From: a virus
Lineage: Duplodnaviria > Caudoviricetes
Reading direction: 5' to 3' (one strand)
DNA: 43,345 nucleotides
Virus record (IMG/VR): IMGVR_UViG_3300005805_000156
Location: 1-43,345 of that record
Made by a program: the position numbers and the translations under genes. Shown here piece after piece: positions 18,383 to 27,473 of the stretch; positions within the stretch are counted from its first letter, which is position 1; each line of letters begins with the position of its first letter. Below the pieces are notes generated by a model. The model worked only from the letters and a program-made list of their open reading frames with translations, ran no database searches and was not told the origin of the DNA.

Positions 18383-19279
18383 ATGCCAAATTTTGAACTG
18401 CATCCAGCAATACAAGAAATTCGCCATGAATTTGCACGTCTGTTAAATGAGAAGCAATTCACTTCAGTAAATCGTGAATCATCAATGACAGGCCTGGTAG
18501 GCAGCAGTACTATTGAGATAGTTGGGGCATCATTCATTGCTAGTGAAGATTCTATCTTTGGCGAAGTAAATTGGGATTACGTTCAACGAGAAGAAGAATG
18601 GTATAATTCCATGGATAGATGCGTGCACAGCATCCCAGGTGGAGCTCCTCAAATCTGGCGAGCAGTTGCTGATCGCGATGGTATGATCAACAGCAACTAT
18701 GGCTGGGCTATCTATTCACCTGAGAATGGATTTATTCCAGATATCAATATCCAATCATGGAGAACCACTGCACAGCGAGATCGTGCCGAAAAAACCATGA
18801 CCACGTGGACAGAAGGTTTCTACTCAATGACTGAAATAATCGAGCTGTACGCATCATCTCAATATTCACGCGTGCTGGAAGAGCTGAAGAAAAATCCAGA
18901 ATCTCGACGAGCAGTCATGATCTATACCCGTCCTTCCATGTGGTTAGACTACAATAAAAATGGTCGCTCAGACTTCATGTGCACTAACACCGTCCAATAT
19001 CTACAGCGTGGTGGTAAACTGCACGCAATCGTACAGATGCGTAGCAATGATGCCATTTTCGGATACAGAAATGACAGAGCATGGCAGGCCCATGTTCTAC
19101 AGAAGCTCTCAGATGAGCTGGGTGTAGAGCCTGGAATTATTCATTGGCAAGTAGGTTCACTTCACGTTTACGCTCGGCACTACTATCTAGTAGATCACTA
19201 TGTAAATACGGGATCAATCAACATTACCAAACAAGAATATATGGAGCGGTATCCCGATTCTCCATACGCTTCAATCTAA
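18383..19279 (+). CDS. gp42: dCMP hydroxymethylase (T4 gp42-like, thymidylate synthase fold)
   Basis: INSNYGWAI, NPESRRAVMIYTRPSM..DYNK.G.SDFMCTNTVQY, MRSND.IFGYRND.AWQ and GSLHVY.RH. These are near-identical to the T4 gp42 motifs I recall, including the dCMP-specifying Asp. Confidence 0.93.
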   Translation: MPNFELHPAIQEIRHEFARLLNEKQFTSVNRESSMTGLVGSSTIEIVGASFIASEDSIFGEVNWDYVQREEEWYNSMDRCVHSIPGGAPQIWRAVADRDGMINSNYGWAIYSPENGFIPDINIQSWRTTAQRDRAEKTMTTWTEGFYSMTEIIELYASSQYSRVLEELKKNPESRRAVMIYTRPSMWLDYNKNGRSDFMCTNTVQYLQRGGKLHAIVQMRSNDAIFGYRNDRAWQAHVLQKLSDELGVEPGIIHWQVGSLHVYARHYYLVDHYVNTGSINITKQEYMERYPDSPYASI

Positions 19280-19289
19280 TAGGAGGATC

Positions 19290-19670
19290 ATGAGCATGAA
19301 TGATAAAATTAAACAGATTTTTAGTGCGCAGTTAGAAAAAGCAGCAATCTGTTCTGGAAATTACCTGGAAGGACGCTCAAAAGAGGCACTCTTTCAAGAT
19401 TGGTTACCCATGCTGCGTGGTGGTGATGTTCGAGAAAAAGTCCGTCATTTTGAAGAAGTTCTCAATAAAAAAATAGCTATCTGGGAGTCTCGTGCTGGGC
19501 AGAAGGAACTATATTTCATGATAGAAACTACTTGTGAACGCCCTCAGGTTATGAAGATTTGGGAGTGTGATCTTGAGAACTTGGATGACAGCTGTGATAT
19601 TGATCTGAGCTCAGTGAGGTATATCGAGGGAAGCACGATCCCGGTCTTTAAAGGTCGCACTGCAATCTAA
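19290..19670 (+). CDS. hypothetical protein
   Basis: AGGAGG RBS; immediately follows gp42. Confidence 0.7.
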   Translation: MSMNDKIKQIFSAQLEKAAICSGNYLEGRSKEALFQDWLPMLRGGDVREKVRHFEEVLNKKIAIWESRAGQKELYFMIETTCERPQVMKIWECDLENLDDSCDIDLSSVRYIEGSTIPVFKGRTAI

Positions 19671-19689
19671 CCAAACCAATCACAATATT

Positions 19690-21426
19690 ATGAAATATGA
19701 GAAGCACATCTTAGATGCTTTCACGCGTCTGGGTTTCAGTCCTCGCACTGGGCAAGTTGAAGCAATCAACAAAATTTTGATTGCATACCTAGATAATAAG
19801 GTGCAGAATGTTATACTGTCTGCACCCACTGGAACAGGTAAGAGTCTCATTGGAGCTGTTACTAGTGATGCGCTCACAGCCATTCTCAACCCATCAGTTA
19901 CGAATGCAGTAAAATCATCTATAGGACTGGTGAGCACAAATGTGCTAGCCAAGCAGTATGATGCAACATTCAGCTCTCTGCACAGCACAAAGAAATACAT
20001 CATGCTCAAGGGAGCCAGTAACTACGCGTGCAGTGCGCTCTCCTCACAAGATCAAGAAGAGAGCGCGGAGAGCTGCGCGTGGTACGACATGGTTAAATCT
20101 GGTGGTGAATTTGACAGCATAGTCACACAACACTGTAACTCGTGTGAATACCTTAACACCAAGAAACTCAAGAACTCTGTGAGGCACCTAACAACTAACT
20201 ATTCTTATTTCTTCATAGACAGGATGTACACTGGTAAGTTCGAGGATCGGGATCTCCTGGTATGGGATGAGGCCCACCTCATTAATGATCTGTTTAGTGA
20301 GCACAATGCAATCTATTTCTCACAGGCTAGACTTCAAGCAACAGCAAAAGAAATAGCTGAACTCGTGCGCCTAACCGATCTGGAAATCGCCAAGCTCATT
20401 TCTTCAGTGGCCAAGGACTGTGCTAAGAAGGATAAGATAAATGAGCAGAACTATGAGAGCTACCTGCGTGCTCTGCTAAAAATCTATGACTACGCCAAGA
20501 CAACAGGACAGACCCAGGCCGAGCGCGCACTGAGAAGTGGGCAGATGGGTCAGTATACCAAGCTCACCCGCTTTGTCAAGAAGTATGAGGGCCTCATCTG
20601 CAAAATAGATGATTACTTCAACTATGGATATGATCACATCTTTGAGTATAAAGAGGATGAGTCTGCCGTTTCCGTCAAGCCAATTTTCATAGGTGGCATG
20701 TTTGATGCACTCCAGGCATCTCCTAGAAATCTGTTTATGTCAGCAACAGTGAGCAATGAGTTCATGACCAAAACGCTGAAGCTCAATCCAGCCTCAACTG
20801 AGTTCATCAAGCTGCCACCCACCTTCTCTCCAGAGAACAAATCAATTATTTTCTTCAATCCACTCTCGCTTAATTTTACCTCTCTCCAGAATCAAACGAC
20901 GATTGATTCACTGTGCGCTAATATCCTGAAAATAGTTAAGAAGCACACAGCTGATGGAGAGCGTGGAATTATCTTGACACCATCATTTAAACTCCAGAGC
21001 TCAATCATCTCAGCGCTCAAGCCAGTGAACAAGAATGTGAAAATATTTGAGCACATGCAGGGCAAGAAACTTGAAGAGGTGCTCGCTCTGTTTAAATCCT
21101 ACACAGGAGGACCGGCTGTACTGGTCTCGCCGGCTATGTTTGAGGGAATTGATCTGCCGGGTGATCTGTCCAGATACCAGGTGTTCGTAAAGGCTCCATT
21201 CCCATCTCTTGGCGACAAGAGGATGAAATTTATTCTAGATCACTATCCTGATCTCTATGAAGAGATAACTCGCATGAAGATAGTTCAGGGCGCAGGAAGA
21301 AGCGTGAGAAGTATAGATGATCACGCCACCACCTATATTCTAGATAAGAATGCCCAGCGACTCATGATGTCGCCAAAGAATGTGTGGAAAGATGAATTCT
21401 ACATGGCCGTCAAGAGCCTGCTGTAG
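19690..21426 (+). CDS. DinG/XPD-family SF2 helicase with Fe-S cysteines
   Basis: Q motif R.GQ, APTGTGKS, KG..NY.C with further Cys, DEAH, MSAT, EGIDLPGD, K.PFP.L.D, QGAGRSVRS.DD. Confidence 0.9.
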   Translation: MKYEKHILDAFTRLGFSPRTGQVEAINKILIAYLDNKVQNVILSAPTGTGKSLIGAVTSDALTAILNPSVTNAVKSSIGLVSTNVLAKQYDATFSSLHSTKKYIMLKGASNYACSALSSQDQEESAESCAWYDMVKSGGEFDSIVTQHCNSCEYLNTKKLKNSVRHLTTNYSYFFIDRMYTGKFEDRDLLVWDEAHLINDLFSEHNAIYFSQARLQATAKEIAELVRLTDLEIAKLISSVAKDCAKKDKINEQNYESYLRALLKIYDYAKTTGQTQAERALRSGQMGQYTKLTRFVKKYEGLICKIDDYFNYGYDHIFEYKEDESAVSVKPIFIGGMFDALQASPRNLFMSATVSNEFMTKTLKLNPASTEFIKLPPTFSPENKSIIFFNPLSLNFTSLQNQTTIDSLCANILKIVKKHTADGERGIILTPSFKLQSSIISALKPVNKNVKIFEHMQGKKLEEVLALFKSYTGGPAVLVSPAMFEGIDLPGDLSRYQVFVKAPFPSLGDKRMKFILDHYPDLYEEITRMKIVQGAGRSVRSIDDHATTYILDKNAQRLMMSPKNVWKDEFYMAVKSLL

Positions 21427-21487
21427 AAATAAGATTTCTTATCTGAGTGACAGTGAGTTATAATAAACTAACTTATAAGGATTGCAT

Positions 21488-21703
21488 ATGAATTTTGATT
21501 TAGAAGATGTGAATCATATATTCCGTCACCAACAGGACACTACTGAATTAATACTCAAGGTATATAGCGGGGATAACTATCTTACTGTATCAGTCCCTCG
21601 AAAAGATATTGCCACTCTTATTCCATCTCTCAGTGCCTGGCAGTACATTGGCACTGATGCAGCTGGTACTCCAATCTTTCAAACTATTCCATCTACATTT
21701 TAA
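21488..21703 (+). CDS. hypothetical protein
   Basis: AAGGA RBS; TATAAT at 21459-21464. Confidence 0.55.
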   Translation: MNFDLEDVNHIFRHQQDTTELILKVYSGDNYLTVSVPRKDIATLIPSLSAWQYIGTDAAGTPIFQTIPSTF

Positions 21704-21706
21704 GCC

Positions 21707-22285
21707 ATGACCAAAGATTTTTCTACTCCTAGAGTTTTTATTATCGAAGGATTGGACCGTCTAGGAAAATCCACTCTCATAGAAGGTATCTTAGATGTAG
21801 GTGGTTTCTACCAAGTTATTCATTTTCAGAAACCAAAATTACTGAGCGCCTACCAAGAGAGCGCCATGAGCCGAGCAGATGCACTCTTCAAATATCAGAA
21901 GAGATCTTTTGAAACCTTGTTTGAAATGGTGAATTCAAATGGATATTTTATCTTCGATCGGGCGCACCTTGGTGAATTTGTTTACTCCCCACTTTATCGT
22001 AACTATGGTGGTGATTATGTTTTTGATCTTGAGCATATTTTTTATGTTGACATGAGGGCAGATGTACGACTGATTCTGCTCACAGAAGATTTATCTAAGA
22101 GCACTCATTTTGAAGATGATGGCCTGTCATTTGATATTACCAAGCGTGAGCAGGAGCAGCAGCTGTTTTTACAGGCATTTGACCGATCGGTCATTAGAGA
22201 TAAAAGAAAGATCTGTGTGACGGGCGCAGATGGTCATTTCAAACCCAAAGAAATAATTCTACAGGAAGCTCTTAAGAACAAATAA
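21707..22285 (+). CDS. thymidylate-kinase-like dNMP kinase
   Basis: P-loop IIEGLDRLGKST; FDRAHLGE.VY..LYR. Confidence 0.85.
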   Translation: MTKDFSTPRVFIIEGLDRLGKSTLIEGILDVGGFYQVIHFQKPKLLSAYQESAMSRADALFKYQKRSFETLFEMVNSNGYFIFDRAHLGEFVYSPLYRNYGGDYVFDLEHIFYVDMRADVRLILLTEDLSKSTHFEDDGLSFDITKREQEQQLFLQAFDRSVIRDKRKICVTGADGHFKPKEIILQEALKNK

Positions 22286-22296
22286 GGGAAGTGAAT

Positions 22297-23415
22297 ATGA
22301 AAGTAGCCGTTATTAAATTAGGATCACGCATCTCGTTCAATTCTAATGATACAAGCGGTGGAAATGGAGAAGCCCGCTCTATCATCAAGATGCTGCATCA
22401 AGGTGGTGCAACTGTTCAGATCTACACCAAGATTCTTAAGAAGGATACACTGATTCCGGACTATGAGTGGTTCGATCTGAGTGATCCCACCACTCTCTCA
22501 GATGGTGTTAGGGCAGATGCTCTAGTTGTTCTCAATGGAAATGTGAACTTCTTCGGCGGGGCTGAAGATCCAGAGCAGCTGCTTAACTATGTAGTTATTA
22601 ACCAATTCAAAGGCCCGGTGTTCTATATTCTCTGTGATCCAGAGCTCACTCTCAAACAGGTCTGGCCTTCGGTTGAAAAGAAGAGCTGGGCAGCTAATTG
22701 GTTACAGACAGACCTACTCATCACTCGAGATGACATAGTCTACATAAGTCAGCCACATGATGTGGAAAAAGTAGTTGCTTCACTGGGTAAGAATGAAATC
22801 AGACCAGCAAAAATCATTCACTATCCATTTGAAAAATTCCCGTGTCTAAATGAGCGCCTACCTTTCAATCCATCGCCAAGCGTGGATCTGTCGTACGGTG
22901 GAACCATGCGGGGCGGCAAGCGGCTCAAGAAGATGGTTAAATTCTACTTTGGTCATCCATCTCACATTTCTGTAGAAATGTTTGGAAAAATAACTGAGGA
23001 AGATTTTGATACCAAGCACACATTTGGTCTACGAGCACCCACATTTACAGGAGTGGTCAAATACGCTGACATGCTGCCCAAGATGAATGATGCCATGAGC
23101 CACTGCGTGATTGGAGATCCTTGGTATGAAGAGATCAATGATATGGCTCAGCGCTGCTACGAGAGCATTTGGTCTTCAGTTGTAACTTTTGTAGACGCAG
23201 ATCTTGATACTCTTCGCAGAGTCTATGGAGCAGACAAACAGTTGGCTGATTTTCTATATGTAAGTGACAGATTGGAGCTCTCAGAAAAAATAGAGCTGCT
23301 ACGCTGTTCTCCAGAGATCAGACAACAGATTGTGGAGGCTCAGTTTGACGCCATCAATTTCAATGCTAAGAGCTACTGTCAGGCATTTGTGAACATGTTG
23401 TGTGATAGGCGCTAG
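22297..23415 (+). CDS. bgt: DNA beta-glycosyltransferase (T4 BGT-like, GT-B)
   Basis: Colinear with T4 BGT as I recall it: MK.A.I..G, E (GEAR), N..NFFGG, catalytic Asp (YILCD), Q.WP.V....W, YGG..R.G.R..KM..F, AP.FTG, IGD..Y, R..E, YV..R.EL. Confidence 0.9.
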   Translation: MKVAVIKLGSRISFNSNDTSGGNGEARSIIKMLHQGGATVQIYTKILKKDTLIPDYEWFDLSDPTTLSDGVRADALVVLNGNVNFFGGAEDPEQLLNYVVINQFKGPVFYILCDPELTLKQVWPSVEKKSWAANWLQTDLLITRDDIVYISQPHDVEKVVASLGKNEIRPAKIIHYPFEKFPCLNERLPFNPSPSVDLSYGGTMRGGKRLKKMVKFYFGHPSHISVEMFGKITEEDFDTKHTFGLRAPTFTGVVKYADMLPKMNDAMSHCVIGDPWYEEINDMAQRCYESIWSSVVTFVDADLDTLRRVYGADKQLADFLYVSDRLELSEKIELLRCSPEIRQQIVEAQFDAINFNAKSYCQAFVNMLCDRR

Positions 23416-23508
23416 ATCTAGGTTATAATTCAGATTTATTGAGAATGATATTTCTGTAAATACCTCGGGCCCGGAATTTAAAGTATTACGTCTAAGAGGA
23501 GATAGATT

Positions 23509-25398
23509 ATGAACATTGTGATATTATCAGGTGGAACTGGTTCAATTGCTCTACAGAGAGGACTCTATGGTCTCTTAGACAGCTCTCAAGATGGTGTATC
23601 TACCAAGATATTAACTAACGCATACGATAATGGACTTTCCACTGGAGCAGTGCGTAAGGTATGCGGTGGGCACATCCTAGGACCAAGTGATGTGCGAAAG
23701 AATCAAACCACACGCTTAAAACTTGAAAAGCCAAATTCTCCATGGGCAAAATTTTTAGATATACGCTTTACTGTAGAGACGCAGGCTGCCAAAGATTACT
23801 GCCTTGAGAAGATAGCAGAACTTGAACATGATCTTCAAGCATACGCCGATGTTTCAGACAGGCACTCACTGGTTAAGAAAGTGTCAAACACTGCTCTACT
23901 GCGAGAAGCCGTAGAGCAGTTCTTCAAGCAACAGGTGGCATCAAAAATAGACTACAACGATTTTTCACTTGCCAATATTATCTACGCCGGATTTGCATCC
24001 GCAAATAAGAATTCTCTTCGTCAGGCGGCCACCATCATGGCTGGTTTAATGGGAATCAGTGATAATGTTATAGTCAATGATGACCGATCTCTATTCTTGG
24101 GCGCCACCACGAAGAGTGGCATACGAGTAACCGATGAGGGAGATATTGTATCTTGGGGTCAGATCCATGATCCATTCGTAGACATATTCTTCACAGATGC
24201 CTCCGGAGAACCTGCGCGGCCTGTACTGTGCGCTGAGGCCGAGGCTGCACTGAGCCGAGCAGATCTCATTATTCTTTCATCAGGAACTCAATGGTCATCC
24301 CTCATACCCACCTATGCATCAGAGGGTTTCAAGCAGGCCATTGAGAGAAGTTCAGCAAAGATTCTCATGGTCATGAATCGGCAGCCGGACAAGGATAGCC
24401 CAGGACAGAGCGCCAGTGATATTATCAAGCTGCTGGTTCCAAAATATTTCCCAGAAGGACGCATTAGGGTTATTCTTGATTCTACCTCAGATGACCAAAT
24501 GTCATCCCTAGATGATGAGGCACTCTCTCTTGTGCAGAGCGCCGATACCTTTGTACTAGGTGATGATTTTGCTAGAAATAAAACTCTTCACAATGCTGAT
24601 GCACTTGCCAGAGCGGTTGCTCTCACTTATTTTAAAGAATATGTTGATTCTGAGGCATTCATCTTCGATTATGATGACACTCTTATTGGACGAGGCAATC
24701 ACATGCCACGTTCTTCCATCTTGAACAAGTCACTGCTCGCTCGTCTAATCAAAAGAGATGTTAATATTTCTATCTGCACTGGTAATTCAATCAAGGCTAT
24801 AAACCTAAGAAGCACACCAATAGGACAAGAGGTATTACAGATACCAGTATTTGCAGATGGAGGCGTCAATGAGTACTACTACACTCTAAATTCCTCAGAT
24901 GATCCAGATCTTCCGGCATATGAATTTCGTAGAATTATAAATGAAGCGTGTCGCATACACCCAACCGAAATTGAAGGAATACTGAACGCTCTGGTAAATC
25001 ATGGAATTCCTATGATGAAGATTGAAAATAGAGGTGGTGTCATGCTGAGCATCAAACCCATAATTGAAGAATACAGGTCAGCGGTTTTGAGCTTGATAAA
25101 ATTCATCATAGCTGGAACAGATTTGGTGGCACACGCAACTGGTCGAACAACTATCGATATTCACAGTAAAAATCTTTCTAAACAGCACACGGTTAGACAC
25201 GCTCTAACTTCTATAAAAGGACAGCTTACATTTATTGGCGATGAATTTAGACCTGGTGGAAATGATAATCCCGTCAAACAGATGTTCAATCCTAGAGTAG
25301 CGTGTCTAGCCGTTAAAGATCCAGCGGAGACCTCTTTCTTCTTAAAGACTCTGCTCATCAAGAACAATGCCCCGGCAGCACTTCAATCACTAGTATGA
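23509..25398 (+). CDS. fusion: CofD/YvcK (UPF0052)-like transferase + HAD-IIB (phosphomannomutase/Cof-like) phosphatase
   Basis: N-terminal half: IVILSGGTG, YDNG.STG, GPSDVR, ADLIIL..GT..SSLIP. C-terminal half: FDYDDTL, CTGNS, G.TTIDI....K, FIGDEF.PGGND. Confidence 0.85.
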   Translation: MNIVILSGGTGSIALQRGLYGLLDSSQDGVSTKILTNAYDNGLSTGAVRKVCGGHILGPSDVRKNQTTRLKLEKPNSPWAKFLDIRFTVETQAAKDYCLEKIAELEHDLQAYADVSDRHSLVKKVSNTALLREAVEQFFKQQVASKIDYNDFSLANIIYAGFASANKNSLRQAATIMAGLMGISDNVIVNDDRSLFLGATTKSGIRVTDEGDIVSWGQIHDPFVDIFFTDASGEPARPVLCAEAEAALSRADLIILSSGTQWSSLIPTYASEGFKQAIERSSAKILMVMNRQPDKDSPGQSASDIIKLLVPKYFPEGRIRVILDSTSDDQMSSLDDEALSLVQSADTFVLGDDFARNKTLHNADALARAVALTYFKEYVDSEAFIFDYDDTLIGRGNHMPRSSILNKSLLARLIKRDVNISICTGNSIKAINLRSTPIGQEVLQIPVFADGGVNEYYYTLNSSDDPDLPAYEFRRIINEACRIHPTEIEGILNALVNHGIPMMKIENRGGVMLSIKPIIEEYRSAVLSLIKFIIAGTDLVAHATGRTTIDIHSKNLSKQHTVRHALTSIKGQLTFIGDEFRPGGNDNPVKQMFNPRVACLAVKDPAETSFFLKTLLIKNNAPAALQSLV

Positions 25399-26177
25399 AA
25401 TCAACAGATCTATATATTATTGCAGCTGGGAAGGGGTCTCGTATGGGAGGCTCCATCCCCAAAGCCCTGGTTCCTATCAATCCTGGCGAGCCTAATCTAA
25501 CAACCACGTTGAAGCAGGTGGGTCACGCATTTGAAACAGTCTATGTGGTGACAAATAACCTGATTCAAGATCAGTGGTCAGAATACTTTAATGGCATTGG
25601 ATCATTGGGAAGGAATGTGCATAATGTACCAATCTCTTCTGGATTAGGAGATGGTCATGCTATTCATCAAGCATTTCAGTGCGTGCAGCAACACCAGGGT
25701 GAGATTGTTATTTGTTGGGGAGATGTATTCATTCAACATGCGGAAATAGTGGATGAGCTGCTCTCTAGAGAGATGAACTCCACGAGTGGCTTGCTGCCAG
25801 CTGTTAGGGAACAGAATCCATACGTAAGCCTACTGGTTGATTCATCCATGCACTGCACAAGCGCTGATTTTTCAAAATATGGTGAATCACACCCATCAGG
25901 ATTCCACGATCAGTCCATATTCAGGTTCAATAAAACCTATATAGCACGAGCTCTAAAGGATCTACACGCTGCATTCTGGAAAGGTGGTCGTTACATTACA
26001 CCAGGTGGTGAGCTCTCACTCCTGCACGCATTTCATTATCTATATAATGTGGGTGAGCCTCTTCAGGTATATGAAACAGATTATCCCACTCTAAGCTTTA
26101 ATACTCCTGAAGAAGTTGCACAAATTCAAGCAGAAATTAATAAAAAATGGAATCTTGGTGAACGTAATGAAGTATAA
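25395..26177 (+). CDS. NTP-sugar pyrophosphorylase-like nucleotidyltransferase (GlmU-N/MobA fold)
   Basis: IIAAGKGSRMGG.IPKALVP, G.G.A, CWGD, FNT.EE; ATGA-coupled to the upstream fusion. Confidence 0.88.
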   Translation: MKSTDLYIIAAGKGSRMGGSIPKALVPINPGEPNLTTTLKQVGHAFETVYVVTNNLIQDQWSEYFNGIGSLGRNVHNVPISSGLGDGHAIHQAFQCVQQHQGEIVICWGDVFIQHAEIVDELLSREMNSTSGLLPAVREQNPYVSLLVDSSMHCTSADFSKYGESHPSGFHDQSIFRFNKTYIARALKDLHAAFWKGGRYITPGGELSLLHAFHYLYNVGEPLQVYETDYPTLSFNTPEEVAQIQAEINKKWNLGERNEV

Positions 26178-26328
26178 TAGCCTAGTAAAATACATGCATT
26201 CTTCTAAGATAAAGTTGGCATTCTGTATTCTAGCGATGGTGTTTCTACCTGTTTCTATTCTGGTGATACTGTGCTACCTCTTCTATGAGGTGTTTAGAGA
26301 CGTTTATAGAAGCCACTCGCGCAAATAA
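26167..26328 (+). CDS. small membrane protein
   Basis: 53 aa with one long hydrophobic stretch; fills the operon gap. Confidence 0.5.
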   Translation: MKYNSLVKYMHSSKIKLAFCILAMVFLPVSILVILCYLFYEVFRDVYRSHSRK

Positions 26329-26341
26329 TTTGGAGATGATC

Positions 26342-27025
26342 ATGACACATAAACCAGTATTAGTTACACTAACAGCCCCCACATCAGCAGGCAAGAGCCA
26401 CCTATTAAATTATATCAGAGATGTGGCAGCTCTGCCCTGCTTGGTTAGCACCACCACTCGTTCCCCTCGAGCAGGTGAGCGTGAGGGTGTTGATTACTTC
26501 TTTATCAGTGAAGAGCGCTCACGAGAGATTGAAGAAGCTGATGGATTTGCCGAGTTGGCACTGTATGGTGGTGTGCGATATGGTGTTACTCGAGATGAAT
26601 TAGCCAAGAAACTATCAAGTGGATTAACATTCCTAATTGTTGAACCAAGCGGTATCGACAGTTATGTGGCTCCCGCCTTAGAAATGGGGGCGCTTCATCT
26701 AAAGTATTTCATACACACAGAATTAGAAACACGAATCCAAAGATTTAAAGATCGCATACTAGCTGATATTGAGCGTGATTTTTCAAAAGACCTCTCTGTG
26801 CAGAGCACTGTGGCTGCAGTATCTCAAACAGTCTCCAAACATGTTGATCGTCTGGTTTCCATGACCACAGTTGAATCACAGTGGGGTGACGCACACCATT
26901 GGGATAGAACTCTGTTTGGAAAATCTGATCCAGCAGAGAATCTGGCCATTATCTTGAAAGACGTACAGCGCATTCTTAAAGAAGATGCTGAAAGAACAGC
27001 TTGGATAATTGCACGAGCAAACTAA
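26342..27025 (+). CDS. gmk: guanylate-kinase-like NMP kinase
   Basis: TAPTSAGKS, VSTTTRSPRAGEREGVDYFFIS, E...Y.G..YG; GGAG RBS. Confidence 0.85.
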   Translation: MTHKPVLVTLTAPTSAGKSHLLNYIRDVAALPCLVSTTTRSPRAGEREGVDYFFISEERSREIEEADGFAELALYGGVRYGVTRDELAKKLSSGLTFLIVEPSGIDSYVAPALEMGALHLKYFIHTELETRIQRFKDRILADIERDFSKDLSVQSTVAAVSQTVSKHVDRLVSMTTVESQWGDAHHWDRTLFGKSDPAENLAIILKDVQRILKEDAERTAWIIARAN

Positions 27026-27047
27026 CTACTTTTAAATGGAGGCATAC

Positions 27048-27473
27048 ATGGATAACCAAGTAACTTTTTGGCCAGCAGACATTGAGGACATGCACGCTAA
27101 ATTTGGGGTTAATCCGGTAGTAGATAGACTCACTGATTCTCAACTACGCGATTACTTAAAATTTCGCCTAGACATGGTGAGAGAAGAAGTAGATGAAGCC
27201 CATGCAGCATTCTCTAACAAGGATGCCGATGGTGTAGTTGATGCTCTAATAGATGGTATAGTCTTTGCCATAGGAACGCTTGATGCTTTTGGTGTAGATG
27301 CATATACCGCATGGAATCGAGTGCACGCTGCCAATATGAGTAAGAATCCAGGCGTTAAGCCCGGTCGTCCAAATCCGTATGGTTTCCCAGACTTGATTAA
27401 ACCAGAAGGTTGGGAGCCACCCTCTCATCTAGATAATCTTGGAATGATTCCTAGAGCTCTAGATGTAAAATAA
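27048..27473 (+). CDS. MazG-like/PRA-PH all-alpha NTP pyrophosphohydrolase
   Basis: EE.DE, DALID...FA.G, AW.RVH.ANMSK, KPEGW.PP; GGAGG RBS. Confidence 0.85.
   Translation: MDNQVTFWPADIEDMHAKFGVNPVVDRLTDSQLRDYLKFRLDMVREEVDEAHAAFSNKDADGVVDALIDGIVFAIGTLDAFGVDAYTAWNRVHAANMSKNPGVKPGRPNPYGFPDLIKPEGWEPPSHLDNLGMIPRALDVK

Noticed and set aside
18383-19279. Ordinary thymidylate synthase (thyA)
   Set aside because: The motifs match T4 gp42 (DFMCTN, RND) rather than the ThyA PCH and PFN motifs.
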